Shown here piece by piece: positions 11,736-23,976 of a DNA stretch of 64,000 bases. Made by a program: the position numbers and the translations under genes. Source of the stretch: Camelus dromedarius (lineage: Eukaryota); contig NC_087447.1 in assembly GCF_036321535.1 (NCBI RefSeq), positions 38,690,001 to 38,754,000 on the forward strand. The letters run 5' to 3'. A model generated the notes under the pieces. It ran no database searches. It was not told the origin of the DNA and saw only the letters and a program-made list of their open reading frames with translations. Positions within the stretch are counted from its first letter, which is position 1; every line of letters begins with the position of its first letter.

Positions 11736-14700
11736 TATCTTGAGTCCAGTCTGTCACATCTAAAAGCAGGGGCTAGTTCTACCTTGCTTACCTTTGTGTC
11801 ATCAGCACTTAGCACTGTGCCTGGCACATCATGTACAACATACTTAATCTTCGAGACATAAATAAATGATTTAATTATAAATAAAGAAGTATTACTACTC
11901 TGCTTTTTAGAGAAGAGGAAACTGATTCCTGGAGGCAAAATAGCTGGTCTATGGAGGCAGAGTTGCTGAAAGAGGAGGAACTGGAGTGTCATCTCCATTG
12001 GGACAGGGCTCTTGTCTGTTTCATTGCACTCTGTTTCCGGTGCCAAGAGCGGGGTCCAAGACAGAGCAGGAGCACAGTTATGTGTTTACTGAACAAATGA
12101 TTGCGCCTGGTCTCTCTTTACTTTGAAAATCAATCTCTTTCCACTATCTTGCTACCAGCCCTGCCTTTGCTATTACCTAAGTGGCTTTGCACAAGTCCTT
12201 TTTCTCTGGATCTCAGTTTCCTAATATCGAGGACATTTGATGAGATGGTCTCCAGAGGGTTTATTCCAGTCTCAATCACAGTAGACTGCCCTGCTACACC
12301 TCTACTGTCACTTTCACAGATGCAAATCTAGCTAGCATGCCAGCACTTTCTGCACAGAGCAGTATCTTCATGTCTGTGAGGATGTCCCTGCATCAGTCCT
12401 TCCAATCTTTTTTCCATACTTCTCTTCCCTCCCTCCCTGCTTCCTGCCTCTCTTTACTGTCTCCCTCCTTTGACAAGTGTTCCCAGTTGGCAGGCTGTGG
12501 TCAGCAAGCACTGGCCTTCATCTCCTGGTCAGCCTCCCTCCAAAGAGCAAATCCGTAGCTAAGAAAACATTGTTATCAACTTACCACTCCCCTAAATCCA
12601 GTTCAAGAGAAAAATGCCACTTTGCTGATGTAGTTATAGGACAAAGAAAGAAGAGAACTTCTGTTAAGAACTTTTATTTAAGGTTTGTTACATGTTTACT
12701 TCTGGCTTAGAACTCCATTATGTTACCTTATTTAAGCCTCACTTCTGCCTGCCTGGTAGTTTTGCCTCCACAATATTTCTCCCCAGCACTTTAGAGCACC
12801 CAGGCTCCAAAAACCATGACAGCAATGTCCTAACTTATCTCTCTGCTTCCATACATAACCCCTTCAATCCAATCTTCTGTAGAACCCAGAGTGCACATTT
12901 AAAATAATAAATCAAATCATGTCACTTCCCTGCTGAAAGCCTTCCAAAGGCTTTCCATTACACTTAAAATCCAAACTTAATAATGCCAGTTGGTAAATCC
13001 CCACTGATCTGGCCCTTGCTGACTTCTTGGACATCATCTCCTGATACTCTTAGTCTCACCCACCAGACTCCAGCCTCTTTAACATGCTCTACTCGAGAGC
13101 CTTTGACGGTTTTCTTCGGTTGTCCCCATCCTACATGATCTCACCCACAGATCTTAGGAAATTAGGAAGGAAAAGAGTGAGGAACAGATTTAGACTTGTT
13201 TGAGACTTGCATGGATACTGGTTTTCCAGGTGAACCAACACAAACTTGCCTTTAGCACTGCTCCTCGCCTTTGCTTTCTCAGTGAGCGGAAGGAAAGGTA
13301 GGTGAACTACTCAAGGCATTCTATGGATAAAGTCAAATGCATATGCAAAATATTGTCAAAAATCAAATATACCACTTTGCCTTCACCAACTGAAGGATTT
13401 TAGTAACTTATAATTTGATTTTTCAGATAGTCAGGGAACAGAAGTTTAGCTTTGGGGAAAGGAAGATAGAACTTGTTGACCTACGTGCCAGGCCATTTAA
13501 ACATGATTTTTTTTGCATCAAATAGGCATTATGATCCTATCTCACAGAAGAGGAAACAGACTCAGCAGAGTTAAGCAATTTCCTAAGGAACACACAGCTT
13601 TCCTAATAGGCAGAACCAATATTCTACTCGGCTGTATCTGATCCTAAATCTCAGCCTCTCTCCTCTGCCACATCATCTCCTTTTGCTAAGCACATCCTTT
13701 CTTTAGCAAAAACAATTCCAGAGTAAACAACAATGTATGGGTAAGTAATGATTAAGGTATAAAAGTGAGGAAAGGCTGTTTTCCAAGAGCACATTTGAAA
13801 CCTCCATTTACCTGTGCTAATTGTAATATCGTAACAAGAAGTTGTTCATAAATATTCATTAAATTGGATCCCGTAGGGGTCTGTACTTGAGAAATTCGGT
13901 TGGCTGATATTCTGAATTCCTAAATGTACCTTAAAAAAAAAAACAAAAAAAACAACCAAATGTCTTTTGTCCCAGAGCAGTCTAGTTTAGATTGGTAACC
14001 AATTCAAAATCACCCTCTGGTCAATTAGTGCTTTTTTGCCTTTTTCTTTTATTCTTCCAAACTTTACAGTGTCACCTGCTGAGCCCCCCGCTGGGCTCTT
14101 TTTCTGGATGTGTGTTGCCAAGAGAACAATCCTGCTTGCAACAATAGAAACAACAATCAATGCTAGCACAAAAGATGTAAGGACAATGGAAGATGTGGGT
14201 GAGTTAATTATGCTCCTAGTCATTTTGTTCTTTCCAAATAAAGGGCATGGGTGATCAGTGAGTATTAGAAATGCAAGTCACACTACATAAGAGAAATGAG
14301 TTTCTCCAATGAATATCCTCTAGCAACAACTTCATTTATGTCTGAAATATCCACACTGTTGGGTTCCTGGAGGAAGGAGACAGCACAGAGCGGGAATTGG
14401 GAGACACACATCCTGGGGGAGCTTGGGGAACTCACTTAACCTTTCTGGGTCTTTGTTTTCTCAAGCAAAAATGACTCGATGGAACTGAAATTCCCCTGCA
14501 GTTCTAAATTATGGTTATGCTCTCAGATTCAGCCTGTTTGGGAAGCACTGAACAGAAATAGGCAGGGATCGGACTCCAGTGCTTATGGGCCTGTTTTCCC
14601 CTCATGCTGTCCACGTCCCTGGAAACCAGAGCATTCAGGCTGATGCCTGAAGACAGCCCTGAGGCCTGAGCTCTGCTCCTTTTAGCCACTCCTCCCTGAG

Positions 14701-14924
14701 GTCAACCCTGGACCTTTGCTGTACAAAACTGCTACATCTTTGAAACCTCGGTCTATGCAACTTCTTCCTAAACACAACTTCCGTCTTTCATTCATTCAGT
14801 TAACATATATTTATCACCTGCTTGCAATCTGCCAGATACTGTGATACACAGGGGTGAACAAAACAAAAATGACACCTGCCCTCATGGGGCTTATAGTCGG
14901 CCAGGTGAATCAGACATTAAATAC

Positions 14925-15474
14925 TGTCAGCGAAGAATGAATTTCCTCTGCCCTTCCAGGTTCTTCCAGCTGGCCTAATAATTAAACTAACATGAGACAG
15001 ATGAATAGAAGAAAAGTAAACAAAATTCAGTAAAATGTATACTTGGGAGCAACCAGGAGAACTGAGTAACATATCAAAATGCCTGAAGCCTTCACCTTAA
15101 ATACCATCTTCAAAAAGAGGATGTCGGGGGCAGTGGTTTGGAACTTCAAAGGGGGAGGAAGGCAATTCACACAGTGATGGAAAAACAAATGTTTGGCAAA
15201 TAAATGTTTGTTGAGCCATGAAGAGACAATGGGACACAGTGTGGACTCTGATCTTTAAGCCCCACCTAGAGTTTCCCCCACAACAGCTGGCCCATATTCC
15301 CTGCAGAGATCTCTGGTGATAGCACTTTTCCAGGACAAACCTTCCATGTAAATTTTTCTAGGTGGTTAGGGAGATAGTCAAAGTTCCTTTCTGAGTCTTT
15401 TGGGACTTGAATTTTCAGCTCGAAATAATCTACATGCCAGACACATTTGGGGTGGCAAATTTTCTTCTCTTGCA
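14925..15474 (-). mobile_element. Solo LTR, ERV1 (MER34-like)
   Basis: 550 bp with TG...CA termini and an exact 4-bp TSD ATAC (14921-14924, 15475-15478). The minus strand starts tgcaagagaagaaaatttgccaccccaaa...gattatttcgagctgaa, resembling MER34 5' ends. TATA-like GGTATTTAAGG is present. Confidence 0.85.
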
Positions 15475-15674
15475 ATACTTTGTTTTAAAGGTAAGAAATA
15501 CAGACATGTATCAAGTATAAAGTGAATTGTGCCTCGAATTCCACCTACCAGAAAAAAGCCCTGTGTAACTGTTGAGTCATAGTATCTTGCTATTCTATAA
15601 CTTCATTTTTTTTCTCTTAATGTCTCATAAATAGCTTTCAATTTGCATACTATAGATATATCATATTTTTGGTG

Positions 15675-15874
15675 TTTTTATTTTATTTATTTGTTATTTT
15701 ATTGAAGTATAGTTGGTTTACAATGTGTTAATTTCTGGTTACATAGTGATTCAGTTATACATATATATATTCCTTTTCATATTCTTTTTCATTATAGGCT
15801 ATCACAAGGTATTGAATATAGTTCCCTGTGCTATATAGTAGGACCTTGCTGTTTATCTAATATATACAGTAGTT
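15675..15874 (-). mobile_element. LINE-1 3' end fragment
   Basis: ttttattgaagtatagttgg...aatatagttccctgtgctata is the reverse complement of an L1 3' terminus. Confidence 0.85.
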
Positions 15875-15946
15875 AGTAGAGCGCATGCTTAGCATGCACA
15901 AGATCCTTCCTGGATTCAATGCCCAGTACCTCCATTAAAAAAGAAT
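15875..15946 (+). mobile_element. 5'-truncated tRNA-Ala-derived SINE
   Basis: gtagagcgcatgcttagcatgcac...ttcaatgcccagtacctccattaaaaaa. Confidence 0.8.
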
Positions 15947-16774
15947 AGGTGTCTTGTTTAGGTCTACCATATATTTTAAAACGTCTGAGTCATAGTATGT
16001 GCCAGACATATTATGTGTTTCGTTTGTATCAACTTCCTTAATTCTTACTATAGCTTCATAAGTTAGCACTATAATTATCCCATTTTACAGCCAGGGAAAT
16101 GAAGAGTCCCAGAAAGTTTCCCAGAGACCTGAGATCACACAGCTGGTGAACAGCAGGGTCACTAATTCAAACCCTGACTGTCGGATTCCAGAACTTCAGC
16201 TCTTAGCTGCTGTGCCTTGTATTCCATTGCCAAGATGTACCATCATTTATTTTAATTACTCCTGTATGATGGACATTTAGATCAATTACCCCTCTTTTTT
16301 TCCCTACAATCAACAAGGCTGCAGTCAACACCCTCGTACCTGCATCAGCCTACACTTGTCTAATCCTGCCTGTTTGAATAAGTCCTAAAAGTAAAATTTC
16401 AGAGTTAAAGGGTATGAGCATTTTACGTTTTGGTACACATTGCCAAACTGATAGAGATGTTGAATTAATTTGCACTCCCACCAAGTGCTTATGAAAGAGA
16501 TTGTCATTCTTTTCTCAACCGTTGGTGCCACTGATTCCACGCTGTCAGCGGCCTCTATGGCCTCCTCACCGCCAAGTCAGACATCTGTTTACAGCCTCAT
16601 CCAGCTCTAAGCTCTGTCACATGAACCCCTAAACACAGGCCCTCCTGGAAACTCTTCCTGGGCGTCTCTCTGGGCTCTTCTCTCCTCCTATGTGTTTGGC
16701 ACTTGAAATCTCTTTCCTGCACGAGTGCCACGCATACCTGGAGTCCTGGGTCTCCCCTGTCCTCTGCCTTCCCT

Positions 16775-17313
16775 AGTGTGGCCGATTTTCTTAACTGCAG
16801 GCCCAACAGCCATTCCCTTCTCCTTCCTTGCTAAAAGGACCCCCATTTTGTTCAAGGCTTAAAGTGTCCAGCCCCAAAGGATGAATAATGAACAGTCTAA
16901 GTCAATCATGGCTCTTCTGTTCCCAGACCTGGAGCTACAGGTGGCCATGGGACCCGGTTCTGGCCAACAAGACATGAGGGGAATCTTCCTGGGGGCCTCT
17001 GGGATTTTCCTCTATGATCAAGGGATAGAGGCCTGTGAGGAAAGCATTTTTCTCCCACTAACCTCATTCCCTCCTATGCAGAATACGGTGAGTAAGGCTG
17101 AGATACTTTGAGCTAAAGCAGCCATTTTACAAACCAGGAGACAAAGTCCCAGTGAATCACAAAGCCAGCTGTCCAGGGACCTGACATCACTGAGCTTCTG
17201 AAAGAATGCTGAAGCCATTTATCTCCAAAGTCCTGGATAGATAATGAAAGAGCCTACAAGGAAAGCTTCAACTAGGTTTTTTGTTTCTTATAGCCAAATA
17301 CCTCCTAACAGAT
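16775..17313 (+). mobile_element. MaLR LTR (older MLT1 type)
   Basis: cccaacagccattcccttctccttccttgct...gcagccatttt...ttatagccaaatacctcctaacagata. Confidence 0.6.
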
Positions 17314-17346
17314 AGAAGCATCATGGTTAGCTTAGCCTAATACTCT

Positions 17347-17476
17347 TTTTATTTTTTTTTTCAAGATTTTAAAAAATTTATTAATTTATTCATTTTTTAA
17401 TGGGGTTACTGGGGATTAAGCCCAGGACCTCAGGCATGCTAAGCACATGCTCTACCACTGAGCTATACCCTCCCCT
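17347..17476 (-). mobile_element. tRNA-Ala-derived SINE
   Basis: Reverse head ...ctctaccactgagctataccctcccc; exact 10-bp TSD ctaatactct at 17337-17346 and 17477-17486. Confidence 0.92.
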
Positions 17477-17559
17477 CTAATACTCTACCATGATGGTGCT
17501 AACCCCAGGCCCCTCTCTTGAGCCTCAGAACTATATATAATAACTAGTAACAGTGATGG

Positions 17560-18040
17560 ATATTCATTAAGGACCTGCTATGAACTTAGAACTGTTCTAA
17601 ATTATCTATATGTATATAGTATGTAATAATAATATGTATGCAATAATATGTATATAATAGTAAGAACTGTTCAAAATTATATATGTATATAATAATGTAT
17701 GGAATAATATACGTAAATAAGCATGTAATATGTATATAATAGCACTTTAGCATTTATAGAGTTGTAATAATGTTTAAATTATATGTGTATGTATAATGAT
17801 ATATGTATTATGTATATATATATATATACACATATGTAATTTAAACACCATAACAACTCTATAAAGCAAATGCTAAAGTGCTTTTATTATTCCCATTTTA
17901 TTCATGAGAAAACTGAGGCACAGAGAGATTAAGTAACTTGCCCAGAGTCATGTATCTCTTACGTAGCTGCACTAAGATTCAAATGAGGGCAGTACAGCTT
18001 CAGGGTCTAGACGCCCAAATACAATATCATACTGCCTCTC
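17560..18040 (-). mobile_element. MIR containing an internal AT-rich expansion and inverted duplication
   Basis: Core attcccatttt...gagaaaactgaggcacagagagattaagtaacttgcccagagtca. Confidence 0.8.
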
Positions 18041-19469
18041 AGCTACTGGAATGACTAAAGGGACCTCAAATTTAACATGTCCCAAATGGAGCTCATCGTC
18101 CTCCTCCCTCATAAATGCAAACATCCCATTTGGTCAATGCAGAAACCTGCGAGTCTCCTTGGACTTGGGCTTGTTTCCTCTCCCCTGAGTCCAATCAGTT
18201 ACCACATGCTGACAGTTCTCCCTGCTGAGCACATTCTGAACTATCCCTCTGTGCCTGGCTGACATTAAGTGCTTAATAAAGGCTGGCTGCTAGTCCCGCC
18301 TCCTCATGATCGTGCTGCTCCTGCTGTCCTGCCTTTCCCCATCCAAAACCTTCCAGCCACTGTCCTCGCCTGATCAGCTGGCCATTCTTTTACTTTGGGC
18401 CTTTGGATATATTGCCACCCCACCCCCCCCCGCATTGAATACGCTGCACTACAAGCTCCCTAAGAATGTAATTCTTCTACAACTTAGCCCAAGTGTCCTG
18501 TCCACGAGGAGGCCTTCTGATTCCCCCACCTGGATGGACTGATCTCCCAGCATGCTCTGTGGCTCTCCATCGCAGCCCTTATCAAACAGTAGCTTAATCA
18601 TTGGCTTACTTATCTTACTCCCTCCCCTGTTAAGCCCCCATTCCCAAAACCAGGTTATAAGCTCCTCAGGCACACGATAGACTATCTCAAACTCAGTCCC
18701 TCCCTTCTGTCCCTGTCCTTCCTTTGTTCTCTTTCCCAATTACTGGTATCATTAAACTAGAAGTTTCCATATCATCTCTAACCCCCCCAGTGAACTTCCA
18801 TCTCTAAAATGTTGTTTGAATCTATCCTCGCCTTTGTTCCCAAGTGACCCCCTGCGTGGCTTAAGATCTCAGCCCTAATGACTTTGGCAAAGCAGATCTC
18901 TTTTCCATTTGGGACCTAATAAGGGCTTCCTGCAGAGCTGAGAGGTGGAGCCAGTTGTCTGAAAGGTGGTTCAAACTTGAATAAAGGCCTTCTGCCTATC
19001 TGCAGATTGAATACATTCCTGCATTGTAACACATTTTACCTTTTTCTATTCACAATTTCAACAAGACTCAACTACTCTAAATGGTACCTTGCCCCAGGGT
19101 TATTTCATAAGAAAAGGGAGTTAAAGACTTGCTCAGTAGCTCTGTCAAAGCCTTCTTAATGCCAAGTAAAGTATAAGTTAATCAATCAGGCAAGCGAGCA
19201 ATAAAATATAAGACCAAACACAAGATTCAATAATAGTGAGCTGCTCATTCCAATTAGTCCATGATTCATGAGTTTGGTCAATACATTACAAAGATGTAAC
19301 CAATATAAAAACACAAGGGGCCTAAAAGCACTTCGTCAATGAAATGCATTCATTATCAGAATGTACATATTTTAGCTGGTCCTGGCTAATCCAACCATTA
19401 ACATTTTCAATATGCTGAACAGCAAACAGAGTTTTGGTAAAGGTCTTCCACTTGAGTGTCCAATTTTGT

Positions 19470-19670
19470 AAACATCTGACGGCCCCATGGGACATGCCTG
19501 ATTCTGTCACCTCCTGGCTTGGACACCTCAGGCAAGTTGCTCCCCCTCTGACTGTTTATCTGTAAAATCAGAATAAGAAGGTCTGTCTCCTTTACAGGGC
19601 TACCACGGAGTTCAAATGAGAGGATGAATATGAACATGATTTAAACATTGCTAAGTTCTCCAGAAATGTA
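19470..19670 (+). mobile_element. MIR SINE
   Basis: cctcaggcaagttgctccccctctgactgtttatctgtaaaat...gttcaaatgagagga. Confidence 0.6.
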
Positions 19671-22600
19671 AGATACAGTTTACAAAAGGATCAGAACATA
19701 TTCAAGCCAGGCAGAAGAGAAGAGAAGCTTTATTCACAGATTACTAAACAAAAATAATAATTACACTAATTTAAAAATCTGCCATTTGATCCTTAGTCTA
19801 GGAACAACATTAGTTTTCAAAAAACCGTCTTGGGGATTCTTTTTTTTTTTTTGGTTAATTCTTATTGATGCTGATTTTTAAAATCGGAGCATTTCATTAC
19901 TGGTTTTCCCTATTAACTAAAGGGTTGAGAACTTTTTTTTAATGAATTGAACTATTTTTATTTGTGACCTCATTGGCTCTTCAACTCAATGAAAATGTTT
20001 TAAAGAAATATCATGATCTTGGGGCTTGGAATCCAGTTACACTTGGCGATTGTTCAGTCTCAACTGGAAAAGTGGTTTGTAATATTTTCCTTTATAATTA
20101 ATACTTCTGGATAGTAAAATTAAATTTCTCATCTGAACATAGGAAAATGCAACACGTGCCAAGAGGGCCACTGCCAATGAAAATGGGCCTGACTTCAGCA
20201 CCGGCACATCTCCCTCAACACCAGCCATCTATGGGCACTTACAAAGGGGGTCGAAAGGCTGCCCTGCTGAGCTGCAAGACCCTACGTCCATTTCAGAAGC
20301 AAAAGTTTGCTAATCTGCTGTCAGCCGCTGCAAAATGCACACAGATTGTCCCGGCCAAAGGCAGACCCTCGTGATCACCAAGTGCTGCCCGAATTGAAAT
20401 GAAAAAATGGCACATTACCTTCGGCAGAGATTAAAGCCAATTGTGTGAGTCAATACTGGGCTTCCTTTCTTCCCCAATTTAAGTCCCCAAAGCACTACTA
20501 AAATGATTATTTTACAAATTCTATTTTAAAAGCATTAATTTTAGATTAAACTAGATATGAGCTATCTTAGATTCTTTTTGAACGTGGTTGGGTGTGTATT
20601 TCTTTTTTAATGCGAGTATAAAAATATAACAGGAAAAAAAAAAACCCTACTCTGAGAACTTGTTTTAAAGCTTCCATTAGCAATAAATGAACAGTATGTT
20701 CAGTTGACAGCTAGTCAAATTTAGAGAAAATGTAACCAGTGCTCTAGTTAAGGAGCCCTTTTCCAAATAAATGAGTAAGTTGGCTGTTATTTTGATATAA
20801 ATGCCCACCTGGATGCATATAGTTATGCCTTCTTGCTGAATACGTAGATAGTACAATTGACTGGCAGATCTGTTTGTTTCACCAATTAAACTCTCTCACA
20901 GGTTAGTACAAGTGGAGAAAGTACAAGGATCTTAGAAGCTCCTTAATCGTTTCCTAAGCAGTTAGCCTCTTGGTGGCTCAGTTAAATGAATTGCATTAAA
21001 TGAGATAATGTGTGAAAAGTGCTTGCAACATTGTAAGTGCTCCCAAGAAGAGAAGACACTACAATTACACCCACAGAGAAAATTCCTGAGGCATCCCTAG
21101 TAATAGGGTATCCAGGAACAGTAGTCTCTGCAGCTGCTGTCAGAACCCCTTTCCTTCTCTGCTTTCCCTTCCCCAGCAAAGGAATAGAAGAAGGATCAGT
21201 CCCAAGACTGCACGACCCTAGGGGGTAAGTCATCAACTGCCCAGCCCTCTGTGGCCATCTGCAGTTGATCCACAAGATGGAGAGGCAGTGACCTGGCACT
21301 TCGGAGATCTCTCCTGGCAGTGTGGACATTTCTCCAGTTTCTTAGAGCAAGTAAAGCCAAAGGTGACCCAGAACCCACGTATTTCCCGAGAGGCATCCCT
21401 AAGACCCAAACCCCTGATGCACTGCACAGGGGCAGCAGGACATACGCCCCTCCTAGCAAGAGTGGCCACTAAGCAGCCAACATGGATGCTCACTGATATA
21501 TTTCCAATATTCCCTTGTTCTTTGGCAATGGAAAACACAAAGGCTTTATTCCTGAGCTTGAATTTATCCATAGTTACAAGTGTCAATCAACCAAGTCTTC
21601 AGAACATCAATTTATAAATTATCAAAAACTTTAAGCATGCTCATGACCCTTAATATCCTAATTCTAGTTCTGGGAAGCCATTTTAATGAACTGATCTAAA
21701 ACATAAGCAAAGTTGTTCTGGTCAAAGATTTTTTTCCCAAAAAATTTATACTAGTGAAAAGCAAGAAATAATCTTCATGCTACACCTCAATAGGGAAAGG
21801 TTAAGTGGACTATTTTGTGCATACTAAAAATGACGCCTACCCAGAATTACTCTATGGATGTACAAATGAGTGTGCACGTGCACACGCACACACACATGTA
21901 GAAACATGCATGTTGGTTTGCAATAGGAAAAAAAATTTATATGACCATTAATAGTAGCATCACACAATGACATTTTGAAATTTTGTGTACTTCTATATAT
22001 AGCTTTGCTTTACAACAAGCATATACTAAATTTTATAATTAAACTGATATTTTTAAAAGCTATTTTAAAAGACCAAAGTAACAAACCTGTGTGAAAGGAG
22101 ACAGTCCTCTGACCTGATATTGGGAAGCAGAGAGACTAAATTATATCCTCTGAACTGAGAAGGAACTTTGAGACTGAAAAACGATGCAAGTAACTCCATA
22201 AAGTGCAATTATGAAGTTTACCGTGGGTAACTTACATATAGGAAGATTGGCTGGCATTTATTTAGAGGCATTTGCAGCTGCACTCTGCGCCTCTGAAAGG
22301 GGTACAGGGGGAACATAAGGAGCCAGAGCTAAAAACAGAATCTGACTACCAGGGAGAAGCAGGTCTACACCAATGGGAACTGATGGATTTTCCTCCCCTC
22401 CCCAGGGGGTCTCATGGCCATTAACCATGTGCGTCAGCAAAAGGCATTCGTCCAGTTTTCACGTCAGATGAAGGCAAGGGTAAAAGATGACAGGGAATTT
22501 ATCTGGCTAGGGCCCATTCCTTGTGAGTAGCTAAAGCTCAGTCACGCAGAGACAGGAGGGGAAGGACGGTGGTCCTGAGATGGAGCTGACAAAATGGAGT

Positions 22601-23312
22601 CGGTGTGGTTCATCCACACACCTGCTCTCTGGGAAATGTGTCCCTCAGTTCACAATTAAAGACATGGCGGTGTTCCTCCATTTACTCCCAAAGACTGATT
22701 GTTTGCATGGGGTGCAAATGCTGGGCACTGGGGATCCCCAGCCTCCTCCCACGCAGACTGAAGTCCCAGATTATCATTTTTCCCTGCTGTGACAGGACAC
22801 AGCACCAGACGCTTCTCCTCCCAAACTCTTGATAGTCTCCACCAATTGATAGGAACTGACACACAAGACTAAACCTGCCACAGTTCCTTGAATCTAAGAT
22901 GCCATTGAGTGTGAGAGGCATCAACCTCTAGGGAGAAGGAACCCTCCATTTCATGTCTGTATCAACTGTCAGCTGTATTCTGATGTCCGACTTCCATGTT
23001 TAAAACGGACGTTTTAGCATCTGCTGAAGGCCACTGATGCCCTCCCTGGTCTGTGGCAGCCCCTCTTTTCTTTCCCACGCATGGCAGTCACTGCTTGCTG
23101 CCATCTCACTTACTGTCAAGAAACCACAGCATAGATGTAAGTCACTGGGCTGGGCCCCCTGAGTCCACTCAGCTGGAAGGGCAAGAGGAACCGGGATCCA
23201 GAAGTCATTGGCAAATTCTGGTGAGCCAGAGGCAGCTTGGGCTGGGACAGGGGCAGGAGGACTGGGTCCCTCACACAGAGCTTCTCCCCAGAATTAACTT
23301 CTAATCTGGTTA

Positions 23313-23848
23313 AAGGACCCCTCCTGCACTGTTGGTGGAAATATTAATTGGTGCAGCCACTATGGAGGACAGTATGGAGGTTCCTTAAAAAACTAAAAAT
23401 AAACTGACCATATGATCCAGCAACCCCACCCCTGGGCATATACCCAGAGAAGAATATAATTCAAAAAGATACATGCACCCCAATGTTCACAGCAGCACTA
23501 TTTACAATAGCCAAGACATGGAAACAACTTAAATGTCCATCGACAGAAGACTGGATAAAGAAGATGTGGTATATATATATATGCACACACACAATGGAAT
23601 ACTACTTAGCCATAAAAAGAATAAAATAATGCCATTTGCAGCAACATGGATGCCCTGGAGAGTGTCATTCTAAGTGAAGTAAGCCAGAAACAAAGAAAAA
23701 TGCCATATGACATTGCTTATATATGGAATCTAAAAAAAAAAAAAAAGACACAAATGAGCTTATTTACAAAACAGAAACAGACTCCCAGACATAGAGAACA
23801 AACTTACGGTTACCAGAGGGAAAAGGGATGGAAAGGGATAAACTGGGA
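23313..23848 (+). mobile_element. LINE-1 ORF2 C-terminus and 3' UTR, 3'-truncated
   Basis: cactgttggtgg...tatgatccagcaa...gatacatgcaccccaatgttcacagcagcactatttacaatagccaagacatgg...gccatttgcagcaacatgga. Confidence 0.92.
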
Positions 23849-23976
23849 ATGGAACTGTTAGGTATCTTGATTTTAGTGGTGGTTTATAGGTGTATGCATC
23901 TATCAAAATTCAAATTGTACATCTGAAATGTGTAGTTTACTGTATAGAAGTTGTACCACATATTGTTAAAAAAAAA
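23849..23976 (+). mobile_element. Older L1M 3' terminus
   Basis: atggaactgtt...tatcttgattttagtggtggtt...tcaaaattcaaattgtaca resembles L1MC/ME-type ends. Confidence 0.6.
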
